Of a stretch of DNA of 62,955 bases, positions 30,651-39,858 are shown piece after piece. The stretch is taken from positions 1 to 62,955 of the forward strand of contig WRBR01000002.1 of NCBI GenBank assembly GCA_009784425.1, given 5' to 3'. The notes beneath the pieces are model-generated. The model worked only from the letters and a program-made list of their open reading frames with translations, searched no databases and was not told where the DNA came from. The translations under genes were made by a program, and so were the position numbers. Origin of the DNA: Coriobacteriia bacterium. Lineage in GTDB: Bacteria; Actinomycetota; Coriobacteriia; Coriobacteriales; UBA8131. Position 1 is the first letter of the stretch, and every line of letters begins with the position of its first letter.

Positions 30651-30748
30651 CTGTCATCCTGAGCGAAGCGCGCAGCGCGTAGCCGAAGGACCCAGTCAAC
30701 GCACTTACTGGATCCTTCGGCTCCGCTACGCCTCGCTCAGGATGACAG
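30651..30748. repeat. Family-A palindromic repeat, full doublet
   Basis: CTGTCATCCTGAGCGA...GAAGGACCCAGT / ACTGGATCCTTCGG...TCGCTCAGGATGACAG between convergent genes. Confidence 0.92.
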
Positions 30749-30752
30749 GGGG

Positions 30753-30784
30753 GTGTGCTCAACAGGTTGTTCTGTTGAGCACAC
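30753..30784. terminator. Hairpin, possible terminator
   Basis: GTGTGCTCAACAG-GTTGTT-CTGTTGAGCACAC. Confidence 0.55.
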
Positions 30785-30853
30785 TTGCTAGCTGAGCCAT
30801 TTGCATACTTGGGATGGTGGAAATTTTTGAAATCTTGAGTATTAAGCCAGAAC

Positions 30854-31555
30854 TTAGCCTCTTTTATATATTCTTATTTCGTTGTTGAGCGGCGGCTGTT
30901 CTGTGTCTATTGCAAACTCTATAAGGTTTCCGTTACCAAAATTGTAGGTGAGTTTAATTTTTCTGGATCCCGATTCAGCTGTCTCGGTTGGCTCGCCGTA
31001 AGCGGCGATTATCTCGTCAATAGTGGAGCCAATATGTAAGCCACCCGGAAGCACGACCGATGTTTCAACAGCGCCCTTTCTGTCGTACGAAAAAGCAAAT
31101 CCATACACATAGCACTCAGACAAAGGGAGCTCGGTATCACTAAGGTTGATAAAACGTATGCTGTTGAGAGACGTGTCGCCTTTTTTGAGACTGATGCTTC
31201 CAATCGTATAATAGCCAGGCTTCAGCGTTTCGCCGTCAATGCGGTCGGTAGTCCAACCAAGAGCAGCAAAATCCGAATACAGAGCAGGCAGGGTAATTAA
31301 ATCGCCATTCAGAGAAACTTGAAAACTGTCTGGACTAGAACTGAGGCCATCGGGAATAATTGGCGTTGCGTAAGGATATTCATCACCAGAAACGTCGGTT
31401 GAGACTGGGGGAGCCTCTTCTTCCTTTTCGGGCTCGTCTACTTCGATTTGTGTCTGCGGTTCTGGGGCATCGTTATCACTATTGTTATTGCCACCACAAG
31501 CAACCAATGAGAGTGTCAGCACGAGAACCAACACAAGGATAAATAACTTCTTCAT
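30854..31555 (-). CDS. Lipoprotein of unknown function
   Basis: MKK + hydrophobic stretch + LVAC lipobox; acidic linker. Confidence 0.85.
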   Translation of the reverse strand: MKKLFILVLVLVLTLSLVACGGNNNSDNDAPEPQTQIEVDEPEKEEEAPPVSTDVSGDEYPYATPIIPDGLSSSPDSFQVSLNGDLITLPALYSDFAALGWTTDRIDGETLKPGYYTIGSISLKKGDTSLNSIRFINLSDTELPLSECYVYGFAFSYDRKGAVETSVVLPGGLHIGSTIDEIIAAYGEPTETAESGSRKIKLTYNFGNGNLIEFAIDTEQPPLNNEIRIYKRG

Positions 31556-31630
31556 AGGACTCCTTCTACTTAATTGTCTTTTGTATTACTCAGTATTATA
31601 AATCAAAAAGAGCTGGCGAGCTTGTTGACT

Positions 31631-31672
31631 AGGTCCTTCTACTACGCGCTCTGCGCTTCGCTCAGGATGATA
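31631..31672 (-). repeat. Family-A repeat, single arm
   Basis: AGGTCCTTCTACTACGCGCTCTGCGCTTCGCTCAGGATGATA. Confidence 0.85.
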
Positions 31673-31679
31673 GGGAGAA

Positions 31680-31713
31680 AAAAAGGAGCGTCGATTGCTC
31701 GACGCTCCTTTTT
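31680..31713 (-). terminator. Intrinsic terminator of the nap operon
   Basis: AAAAAGGAGCGTCGA-TTGC-TCGACGCTCCTTTTT just downstream of napH. Confidence 0.85.
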
Positions 31714-31732
31714 ACATCTAGGTTTAAGGGGA

Positions 31733-32566
31733 TTAGTACGAGCGCATCTTGATGCACTTTTCGGGGCAGTTGTCGATGCAGGCGCCACAGCGCATGCAGT
31801 CGCCGGCCCAGACCTTTTTGGTCTCGCCGGTGAGAGCCGGCTCAAGGATGACCGGGTCAACTATGCAGACTTCTTTACAGCCACCGCAGTCGGTGCACTT
31901 GGACTTATCAAGGTGCGGGCGAAAAAGACCAATGCGCCCAAACACTTGATAAAAGCCACCCAGGGGGCAAAGGCTGCGGCACCAGATGCGTGGCGCCCAA
32001 AACAGCTCCAGCACTATGATTCCAAGCAGCGTTCCTAAGCCTGCCAGGGAACCAAAGAGCAAGGTTTTGCCAAGTGCGGCAATTGGGGAGATGTTCTCAA
32101 AGAGCGGCTGTGAAACCGCAAAGGCAACCAGCAAGAAGAAAACCATAACGCCGATTTTCGTTTTGCGTGGCAGCGAGCGATTTGCATTGGGAATCTTAAA
32201 TTTCTTGCGAAGCCAGTCGGTAAATTCCAAAACCAGATTTACTGGGCAAACCCAGCCGCAGAACACGCGGGCACCAAGAATCACATAAAAGAGAAATACG
32301 GGCATAAGAGCCCACAGCCAAGTCACCTCAAAGGTCTTTGCAGCAAATGCAACTTGCAAAGTGGCGTACGGATCGGTAATACCAAAGCCTAAAATGTCGG
32401 CAGAAGAAAGCGAGCCGAAGATAAGAGCCTCTGAAGGCGTTGGTATGCGATTATCTACCGGAGATGTCATTCCAAACAAGGAAAAACCATATGACAATAT
32501 GGGCACTGAAAGAATAACCCATACTGCCACTTGAACAAATCGTCTTGCAATCAGCCATCGCTTCAT
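31733..32566 (-). CDS. napH: Quinol dehydrogenase membrane component NapH
   Basis: RVFCGWVCP, WCRSLCPLG, two 4Fe-4S motifs, TM helices. Confidence 0.9.
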   Translation of the reverse strand: MKRWLIARRFVQVAVWVILSVPILSYGFSLFGMTSPVDNRIPTPSEALIFGSLSSADILGFGITDPYATLQVAFAAKTFEVTWLWALMPVFLFYVILGARVFCGWVCPVNLVLEFTDWLRKKFKIPNANRSLPRKTKIGVMVFFLLVAFAVSQPLFENISPIAALGKTLLFGSLAGLGTLLGIIVLELFWAPRIWCRSLCPLGGFYQVFGRIGLFRPHLDKSKCTDCGGCKEVCIVDPVILEPALTGETKKVWAGDCMRCGACIDNCPEKCIKMRSY

Positions 32567-32608
32567 GCCAATGTACCTGCTTTCAAACTTAGACCCGGTT
32601 TACTGCTC

Positions 32609-33016
32609 TTACTTTGCTTGCTGCTTTTCAAGCTCGTCTTCAAGCACCTTCTTTGCACGGTTAATCTCAAGCTGCCTTTTGATGATAGGATCGTCTTCAA
32701 AGTTGGCAAAAATCAAGCGCACGGTGACAACGCCCTTAGTCAGATTCACCTCGGTTGCTACCTTGGTAGAGGCTGCAATGGTTGGTGCTTCAATGGTGAC
32801 AACCAAGGTGGTGTCATGAGTTTCATGAACCTCAACACCAGCAATCTGAGAGATGGCCTCGGCAGCCTGGGCGGTTTCGCCCTGAAAGGTGCTTACCAAA
32901 TAGCTGGAGATGACAACGTCTTCTTCCGGCCCAGAACTGGTTAGTTCTGAAGCGGTGACGGCCGCCTGTGCAGCCGTCACCTCGTTTTCTTGTGTGTTTT
33001 CTGTGAAGTTAGTCAT
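32609..33016 (-). CDS. napD: NapD-like maturation chaperone
   Basis: VISSYLV...GVEVH...LVVTIE; overlaps the napA stop. Confidence 0.8.
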   Translation of the reverse strand: MTNFTENTQENEVTAAQAAVTASELTSSGPEEDVVISSYLVSTFQGETAQAAEAISQIAGVEVHETHDTTLVVTIEAPTIAASTKVATEVNLTKGVVTVRLIFANFEDDPIIKRQLEINRAKKVLEDELEKQQAK

Positions 33017-35658
33017 TATTTCTTAACAATGCTCACAGTAGTCTTCTTGTAGTCAGGCTCCTTAGAGATAGGATCATAAATCTCCTGAACCACAAGGTTA
33101 ATCAGGCGGCTCTCCTCAAAGAAGGTACCAAAGCAAACACCTGGCGGGCACTCAACGCGCTGTTGCTTGGTTGCCTTAACCGTGACGGTTCCGTAATGAG
33201 AGGTTACTACAACCTCGTCGCCCTCTTTAAGATCCATAGCATCAAAGTCGCCGGGGTTCATGTAGAGGTAAGAGTCGGGAAGCGTGTTGTTAAGAGCAGG
33301 AATCAGCGCGGTGTTAGTACCGGTGTGCCATTGCTCAAGGAGACGGCCGGTAACAAACCAGAAGGGATACTGCTCGTCTGGCATGAATGCTGGCGGCTCC
33401 CAGGGGCGGAAGACAACAGAGGGCTTGAGTCCAGCGCTCTTGTAGTAGCTGATGCCACCAACGCCAGCCTTGCCGTCCTTGCCGTACATCTTGATACCCT
33501 CTTCATCAAAGCCGTCTTCTTGCTTGCCGTCGCAGAAACGCCACTTGGTAGAAAGCCACTCGCCATTGACCTCACGCACGGGCCAGGTAAGGCCGTGTGA
33601 GTTCAGATAAACCTCGTAAGGAGCCATCTGCTTGGAGTACATCTTAAGCTTGGACGGGGTGTAAACGCCCTCGTCATTCTTGGTTCCAAAGAGCTCGTCA
33701 ACATCAAGGTCAATGTCACTGGCAGCCTTCTTCAGGCCGGGGTTGGTAAAGATGAGATACTCGTCCCAGATTCTCTGGTTGACCTCTCGTTGGCTACCAA
33801 CAAAGTCGCCAGCCTCTTTGTCCCAGATAAAGCCAAAGAGAACATCAAAGGCATCCTTGCCGTCAATTTTCTCGCCCTCAAGAACACGAACTGCCATCTG
33901 GAGGTATACCCACAGATCCCACATTGCCTCTCCTGGCGGCTCAACGGCCTGCTCAAAGACAAGCGTGCGGCGCTCAGCGTTACCAAATGCGCCCTCGCGC
34001 TCAACCCACATAGCTACGGGGAAAACAACATCGGCGTACTTGGTTGAGAGGGTTGGGTAGCACTCGTTGACAACGATAAAGGTGTCGTAGATACCCTTTT
34101 GATCGCCCTTACCAAGGTAACGGGTGAGGTTAGGCAGCGACACTGCCCAGTTGTTGCAGGCAGACCAGAGAAAGTCCATGTTGCCCTTGCTGATGTCTTG
34201 GAAGATACGGATGGTGTGCTTGCCTGGGGTGGCAATACCGGTGCCGGGGATTGGCTCGTCATCATCATCCAGCTCGTCATCAAGGTAGCCCTTGGGAAGA
34301 TCCCAAACAGCCTCGGTAAAGCGACGGTGCTGCGGGTTGTTGACAACCAGGTCGGCGGGCAGACGATGTGCAAAGGTTCCAACCTCACGGGCGGTTCCGC
34401 AAGCGGTGGGCTGGCCGGTGAGCGAGAAAGCGCCACAGCCGGGCAGAGCATACTTGCCCAGGATAAGGTGGATGTTGTAGATATTGTGGTTCATCCATAC
34501 ACCACGGTTGTGCTGGTTAACACCCATTGTCCACAGCGAGAGAACCTTGGTGTTTTTGTCGGCATAAACCTTGGCCAGCTCCTCAATGTCGGCTGCAGAA
34601 ACACTGGAGAGCTCAGCGGCATACTCCAGAGTGTAAGGAGCAAGTCTCTCCTTGTACACGTCAAAAGTGCAAGGGGTTACAGCGCCAACAGCTCTACCTA
34701 TGTCGCTACCGTCATAAGTGTCATCATAGTTGTTGCCGAGATTCTCGGTACCGGTCTTGAATACCAGGTGATCATCGATATAAGCTTGGTCATACAGCTC
34801 GTTAACAACAATGTAGTTAGCAATTGCGTTAGCAATGGCGTTGTCAGAACCAGGGGTCATGATGAGTACCTTGTCGGCGCTCTTGGAGGTCTGGGTTCCG
34901 AGGGTGGTGATGTCATAGTGCTTAACTCCGGCACCGTGGTTCTTGCGAGCCTCAAGCCTTGAGTAAAGTACCGGGTGAGCCTCGTACATGTTGGCGCCCC
35001 AGGTGACAAAGACATCTGCCAGATCAAGATCGTTGTAGCAGTTAGCCGGCTCATCTGTTTGGAAGACGTTCATAAAGGCTACTACTGCAGAGGCCATACA
35101 AAGACGCGCGTTGGGGTCGATGTTGTTTGAGAGCATGCCAGCCTTCCAGAATTTGGAAAGTATGTAACCCTCGCAGATGGGCATCTGGCCAGAGGCCCAA
35201 AATGCCAGACGTGACTTGTCGTTCTTCCAGGTATCGCGAAGCTTGCCGGCTGCCAGGTCGAGAGCTTCTTCCCAGGTGGCCTCGCGCAGTCCACCGTCGG
35301 TGCCCTTGGTTGAAGAGTCATCGCGAATCAGCGGTGTGGTGAGACGACCATCGCAATAGAGCAGCGATGCGAGGTGCATACCTTTAACGCACAGAGCGCC
35401 CAAGGTTGACTCGTTGTCCGGGTCACCAACAGTCTCGGTGATAACACCATCAACAGTCGTGACCAACACGCCGCAGCCAACGCCGCAGTAACGACACACA
35501 GTAACGGAGGTAACTCCATCCTTTGTTGTGCCACCGCCGCCACCGCCGCCACCGTTCTCGTCGTCACAACCAACGAGAGCGCCCAGTGTTCCCACTGCAG
35601 CAGCGCCTGCCATGGCGGCAGCGCTGGTCTTGACAAATTGCCTACGTGAAAATTCCAT
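33016..35658 (-). CDS. napA: Nap-type nitrate reductase catalytic subunit, Tat lipoprotein
   Basis: SRRQFVK Tat motif, LVGC lipobox, CRYCGVGC..C cluster motif, NARLCMASAV Mo ligand, SLTGQPTACGTAREVG, DPISKEPDYKK. Confidence 0.93.
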   Translation of the reverse strand: MEFSRRQFVKTSAAAMAGAAAVGTLGALVGCDDENGGGGGGGGTTKDGVTSVTVCRYCGVGCGVLVTTVDGVITETVGDPDNESTLGALCVKGMHLASLLYCDGRLTTPLIRDDSSTKGTDGGLREATWEEALDLAAGKLRDTWKNDKSRLAFWASGQMPICEGYILSKFWKAGMLSNNIDPNARLCMASAVVAFMNVFQTDEPANCYNDLDLADVFVTWGANMYEAHPVLYSRLEARKNHGAGVKHYDITTLGTQTSKSADKVLIMTPGSDNAIANAIANYIVVNELYDQAYIDDHLVFKTGTENLGNNYDDTYDGSDIGRAVGAVTPCTFDVYKERLAPYTLEYAAELSSVSAADIEELAKVYADKNTKVLSLWTMGVNQHNRGVWMNHNIYNIHLILGKYALPGCGAFSLTGQPTACGTAREVGTFAHRLPADLVVNNPQHRRFTEAVWDLPKGYLDDELDDDDEPIPGTGIATPGKHTIRIFQDISKGNMDFLWSACNNWAVSLPNLTRYLGKGDQKGIYDTFIVVNECYPTLSTKYADVVFPVAMWVEREGAFGNAERRTLVFEQAVEPPGEAMWDLWVYLQMAVRVLEGEKIDGKDAFDVLFGFIWDKEAGDFVGSQREVNQRIWDEYLIFTNPGLKKAASDIDLDVDELFGTKNDEGVYTPSKLKMYSKQMAPYEVYLNSHGLTWPVREVNGEWLSTKWRFCDGKQEDGFDEEGIKMYGKDGKAGVGGISYYKSAGLKPSVVFRPWEPPAFMPDEQYPFWFVTGRLLEQWHTGTNTALIPALNNTLPDSYLYMNPGDFDAMDLKEGDEVVVTSHYGTVTVKATKQQRVECPPGVCFGTFFEESRLINLVVQEIYDPISKEPDYKKTTVSIVKK

Positions 35659-35817
35659 TTGCTTCTTCCTTTCTCACTTTTCCTAACTCCCACCGCCAAA
35701 AATGGCGAGTGTTGCCGCATTGAGCGGCCCTTCTAATCTTTCCTGTCTAGTTACTTCACGGTTACGTGCCTTCTTGCGCGCGTCCATGCACGCCTTCTCT
35801 TCGTTCCTTCTCTATCG

Positions 35818-36408
35818 TTATCTTGGAACTATTGTGACTGCGGTTTCGGGGAGACTCACCACGCAACGCTCAACACATATGCCGCACCCAACACACTTTT
35901 CTTCGTTGACAATGGGTGCAAAGATCATATGAATGTCGTCGCCTGGTCTGTCGCGAAACTCAACAGAAATAGCCTCGTTAATCAAGGGGCATACACGATA
36001 GCAAACCTCGCACCGATGACCCTTGCTGTAAGCAGCACAGATTCTTTCGTCAATAACGGCGGTTCCCATGCGCACATCGCTGGGTTTATCAACGCTGCTC
36101 AGTGCGCCGGTTGGGCAGACTTCAATACAGGGAAAATCCACACAGAGCCTGCATGCCTTGCGGCGAGGGTCTATGTAGGGAGTTCCTGCAGCTCTGCCAT
36201 CAGCCACCGTTGCGGTGAGAATGGAGCCATAAGGGCAGGCCAAAACACACTTGCCGCACGAAATACAACGAGAGATAAAATCTTCGTCGCTCACTGCACC
36301 GGGGGGTTTTAAAAGCTTGCCGCCTCCTAAGGCTCCAAGTATGGATTGAGCGGCTATGAATCCCGCGCCTACCAATGCTGCGAGGGATAGGTTTTCTTTT
36401 TCCATCAT
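35818..36408 (-). CDS. napG: Ferredoxin-type protein NapG
   Basis: PPGA...CISCGKCVLACP, four Cys clusters, MGTAVID. Confidence 0.88.
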   Translation of the reverse strand: MMEKENLSLAALVGAGFIAAQSILGALGGGKLLKPPGAVSDEDFISRCISCGKCVLACPYGSILTATVADGRAAGTPYIDPRRKACRLCVDFPCIEVCPTGALSSVDKPSDVRMGTAVIDERICAAYSKGHRCEVCYRVCPLINEAISVEFRDRPGDDIHMIFAPIVNEEKCVGCGICVERCVVSLPETAVTIVPR

Positions 36409-36708
36409 TTACTGATTTATCCAATCAAAATAGTTGCGCAAACCAACAGCACTACATGATAGTACAGAACTGCAAGAAGTCAATAAAAATTGTCTCCCTG
36501 GCAATGCTCTCGCTATACTTATCACGCTTGTTGTCATGCTTGCTCTGATGTGAAACGCTGCCCGTCAAATTTGTCCGCAATTAACGTCTTTGTTTTCCGC
36601 TAGTTTTTCTTGATTTATGACCAATCGCAGTGAAAATAGTATCACGACCTGTGCCCACCATAAGGGCTGAATTAATAAAAGGTTAGAAAAAGGTTCAAAA
36701 TCAGCCTT

Positions 36709-36834
36709 AAAAGGGGACGATTTAGATCTGCCGATGGGGACAATTCAACCAAAAGAGGGGACAAAAAACTCTTTCCGATGGGGACAATTTGCGCAAAAGG
36801 GGACGATACTAAGTAGCTGGTGGGGACGATTCAA
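36709..36834 (+). repeat. Phased array of six GGGGAC motifs (three ~43-bp units)
   Basis: GGGGAC at 36713, 36736, 36757, 36780, 36799, 36822. Confidence 0.8.
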
Positions 36835-36907
36835 GGAGAAGAGGGAGCTGTTTCTGCCCCATATACCAGCAAAAGCATCGAGCAGCTTGACAGGCGGGAG
36901 CCCCGGG

Positions 36908-37567
36908 TCACACCATAAAGTCTTCAGGGGAGATTGACTCGATGAAGGAGTGAAAGCGCTCCATCTCGTCTTCAGAGCCGTAGAGCAGCTCGCCTCCGTC
37001 TGAGACCTTGACCCGCACCTGGTGTGCGGCAGCATTCATCACATCTTTGTCGATGAAGATTCTGGCGCCGGTTTTGAGAGCCAGGGCTATTGAGTCAGAA
37101 GGACGCGCATCCACCTGAATCAAACGCCCGTCTTTGTTGAGACAGACCGTTGCATAAAAGGTTGAGCCGGCAACCTTGTCAATGATGACACGCTCAACCT
37201 TGGTGCCCAGTACGCCAATGACATTAGCAAGCAGGTCGTGGGTCAAGGGGCGCGAGTGAGACTGATTGTTCAGCAGCAAGACGATGGCCTCAGCCTCGCT
37301 GTGGCCAATCCAAATGGGGAGTAATTGGGGCGCAATCAAGTCGGTGCCCTCAATTGCGTCTACAGCAAGGAGGTCGTTGATGTCTTTTTGCCCCGCCGCA
37401 ATCTCCTGGTTGCGCGCATCGTTTTGTATCGTTTCTCCAGCATCCTTGCTCTCTGCGCTGCGAACCGCTCCAAAGATCTGAGAAACAGCACCCTTCTCCA
37501 CCAGCACCACAACGGAGGGGGAGTCCGGATGAGCAACCACTACGGTAAATATATTGACCTCTACCAT
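36908..37567 (-). CDS. Bifunctional nuclease family protein (DUF151/BFN)
   Basis: LLPIWIG..EA.AI, RPLTHDLL, DARPSDSIALAL; AGGAG RBS. Confidence 0.9.
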   Translation of the reverse strand: MVEVNIFTVVVAHPDSPSVVVLVEKGAVSQIFGAVRSAESKDAGETIQNDARNQEIAAGQKDINDLLAVDAIEGTDLIAPQLLPIWIGHSEAEAIVLLLNNQSHSRPLTHDLLANVIGVLGTKVERVIIDKVAGSTFYATVCLNKDGRLIQVDARPSDSIALALKTGARIFIDKDVMNAAAHQVRVKVSDGGELLYGSEDEMERFHSFIESISPEDFMV

Positions 37568-37712
37568 GTTAGAAAAGTCTCTACTCCTTCGTATATCCCA
37601 TGCCAAGATTCAACGCCTGTTTTGCTAGTATATAGTAAAAGAAGAATTAACAAGGTAACAGCTCGGCAAGACCAAGGTGCCTTAACAGAAACAGCCAGGA
37701 AAGAGCCCGCAC

Positions 37713-39506
37713 ATGACACTTTCTCTCTATAACAAATACCGCCCGCAGGTCTTCAAGGACGTGGTGGGGCAGGCCCATATTGAAAAAACGCTGGCCAACG
37801 CCGTGGAGAGCAACAAGGTCTCTCACGCTTATCTGTTCTGCGGCCCGCGGGGCACCGGCAAAACCACCACCGCGCGCATCCTCGCCAAGGCGCTGCTTTG
37901 CGTCAAGGCGCCCACGGCAACGCCTTGTGGCGTTTGCGAGCATTGCCTGGATATTGAGCGCTACCCGGTAGGCACCCACCCTGATGTGAAAGAGCTGGAT
38001 GCCGCGTCGCGCACCAGTGTTGACAACGTGCGCGAGGAGATAATCGATCGGGTCAGCTTTGCCCCCACTCAGGGTGCCTACAAGATATTCATTATCGACG
38101 AGGTCCACATGCTTTCTAAGTCGGCCTTCAACGCGCTGCTCAAGACTCTTGAGGAGCCGCCGTCGCACGTGATATTTGTACTCTGCACAACCGATGTCCA
38201 CAAGGTGCAGGACACTGTGCAGGCGCGCTGCCAACGCTTTGACTTCAAGCGGATTACCACAGAAGAGATTGTTGGCCGCCTGCAATACATTTGCGAGCGC
38301 GAGGGTTTTGACTTTGAGAAGTCTGCCCTTGAGCTTATTGCCGCCCGCTCCCAGGGAGGCATGCGCGATGCCATACGCTCGCTTGAGCAGGCTGCGGTCT
38401 TCAGCAGCGGCAAAATCACCTATGAAGCTGCGGAGAGTCTGCTCGGCATGGTAGACACCGAGCTTTTGTTCTTGCTTTGTGAACACCTTGCCGCCGGGGA
38501 TGCTGCAGCCTGTTTTGGTTGGGTCTCTGATTTTGTGCAAAGCGGCTCGGACGTAGCTATTTTGGTCAACGACCTTGCCACCCACGTGCGCAATCTCTAT
38601 GCAGTGCAGGTGGCAGGCGACGCAGGAGAAGAACATCTGGCGAGCGCCCTTGAAATCGATGCCGCGGTGCTTCCTCGCTTACGCAAACAGGCGCTGAGCT
38701 TTGGCACCTATGATCGGCTGGCTTGGATGCTTACGGTGCTGGGCTCGCTTTCGGCCGAGCTTAAGAATGCCGCCAACGCACGCCTGGCTTTGGAGATAGC
38801 GCTCACCCGCATGCTCTACCCTCAAAGCGAAACCAGCCTAAACGCCCTGGCAGCCCGGGTTGCTGCTTTGGAACAGAGGGACGGGGTTGGTGTACCACTT
38901 TTTGCCGAGGCAAAAAGTGGTACACCAACCCCGTCCCTCTGTTCCAAAGCAGCCCCGTCCCCTGAGCAAGCAGTCGCAGAGCCAGAGGTCACCCCAAACG
39001 AGCAGAACAACGCAAGCTTGCATCGCACCTGGAACAAGGCTCTTGACAGCATAAAGGAGCAGCGGCGAGGCGTAGCCGCACATCTCGGAGGAGTGCTGCC
39101 AGCGCTCAGCAAGGATGGCACCACTCTGATCCTCGAGTTGCCGGCAGAGGCAAGCACCTCCAAGCAATATCTGGAGTCAGAAACAAACGCCCCGCTCTTG
39201 AGAGAGGCGGCAGAAAAGGCTTTTGGAAAACCTCTGGTGATTAGGCTGACACTGGCTCAAGCAAGCCCCGGCTCCAAGCCCTCTGGCGAGGTGTTTGACA
39301 TCGATCCCTACGAAGAGCCCAGCCAGCCATCCGGCCTTGCGGTGCACGAAGAGCAGCGACCGGAGCCTGTTGAAGAGCCGTATAATGAATCCGGCGGCAT
39401 CGCCGGTGCTGAGCCCAACAATGAACCCAAAACAGAGCCCAGTAAAGAGGAGCTAGAGAATATTCTCAGCGCCAGTCTGGGCAGCCAGATACAATTTGAA
39501 GAATAG
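37713..39506 (+). CDS. dnaX: DNA polymerase III subunit gamma/tau
   Basis: YNKYRP, GPRGTGKTT, DEVHML, NALLKTLEEPP; carries an in-frame palindrome. Confidence 0.97.
   Translation: MTLSLYNKYRPQVFKDVVGQAHIEKTLANAVESNKVSHAYLFCGPRGTGKTTTARILAKALLCVKAPTATPCGVCEHCLDIERYPVGTHPDVKELDAASRTSVDNVREEIIDRVSFAPTQGAYKIFIIDEVHMLSKSAFNALLKTLEEPPSHVIFVLCTTDVHKVQDTVQARCQRFDFKRITTEEIVGRLQYICEREGFDFEKSALELIAARSQGGMRDAIRSLEQAAVFSSGKITYEAAESLLGMVDTELLFLLCEHLAAGDAAACFGWVSDFVQSGSDVAILVNDLATHVRNLYAVQVAGDAGEEHLASALEIDAAVLPRLRKQALSFGTYDRLAWMLTVLGSLSAELKNAANARLALEIALTRMLYPQSETSLNALAARVAALEQRDGVGVPLFAEAKSGTPTPSLCSKAAPSPEQAVAEPEVTPNEQNNASLHRTWNKALDSIKEQRRGVAAHLGGVLPALSKDGTTLILELPAEASTSKQYLESETNAPLLREAAEKAFGKPLVIRLTLAQASPGSKPSGEVFDIDPYEEPSQPSGLAVHEEQRPEPVEEPYNESGGIAGAEPNNEPKTEPSKEELENILSASLGSQIQFEE
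38862..38953. repeat. Family-B palindrome in frame inside dnaX
   Basis: 45-bp perfect arms, GA loop; encodes AALEQRDGVGVPLFAEAKSGTPTPSLCSKAA. Confidence 0.95.
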
Positions 39507-39538
39507 CAGGCCCAAATAACCTGAGAGGAATACCAACT

Positions 39539-39853
39539 ATGGCACAGATGAACATGCAAAAAATGATGCTGCAAGCCCGCAAGATGCAAGAGGAAGTAGA
39601 AAAGGCTCAAGAAGAAGCCAAGCTCCTCGAAGCCGAGGGCTCTGCCGGTGGCGGTGTGGTTAAAGCCGTGGCAAGCGGTGACGGTCGCATCAAAAAAATA
39701 AGCATCAGCCCTGATGCCATTGACCCTGATGATGCGGAAATGCTCGAGGACCTCACAATGGCCGCAGTCAACGACGCCCTAGCCAACGCGGGCGAGCTTG
39801 CGCAGATGCGCATAGAAGCTGCCACCGGAGGCTTCAACATTCCCGGAATGTAG
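39539..39853 (+). CDS. ybaB: Nucleoid-associated protein YbaB/EbfC
   Basis: ARKMQ, SAGGGVV, EMLEDL..AAVNDA; between dnaX and recR. Confidence 0.93.
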   Translation: MAQMNMQKMMLQARKMQEEVEKAQEEAKLLEAEGSAGGGVVKAVASGDGRIKKISISPDAIDPDDAEMLEDLTMAAVNDALANAGELAQMRIEAATGGFNIPGM

Positions 39854-39858
39854 TAAGC

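Noticed and set aside
36420-36700. FNR/CRP/Rex boxes upstream of nap
   Set aside because: Near-matches (TTGAT..., GTGA-N8-TCAC) have the wrong spacing for these regulators.
36709-36834. Possible mini CRISPR array
   Set aside because: Conserved part is only 6-10 bp, spacers are too short and no cas genes are present. No CRISPR array was seen anywhere in the window.
37607-37712. SRP RNA (ffs), often found upstream of dnaX
   Set aside because: No SRP helix-8 motif and too little space.
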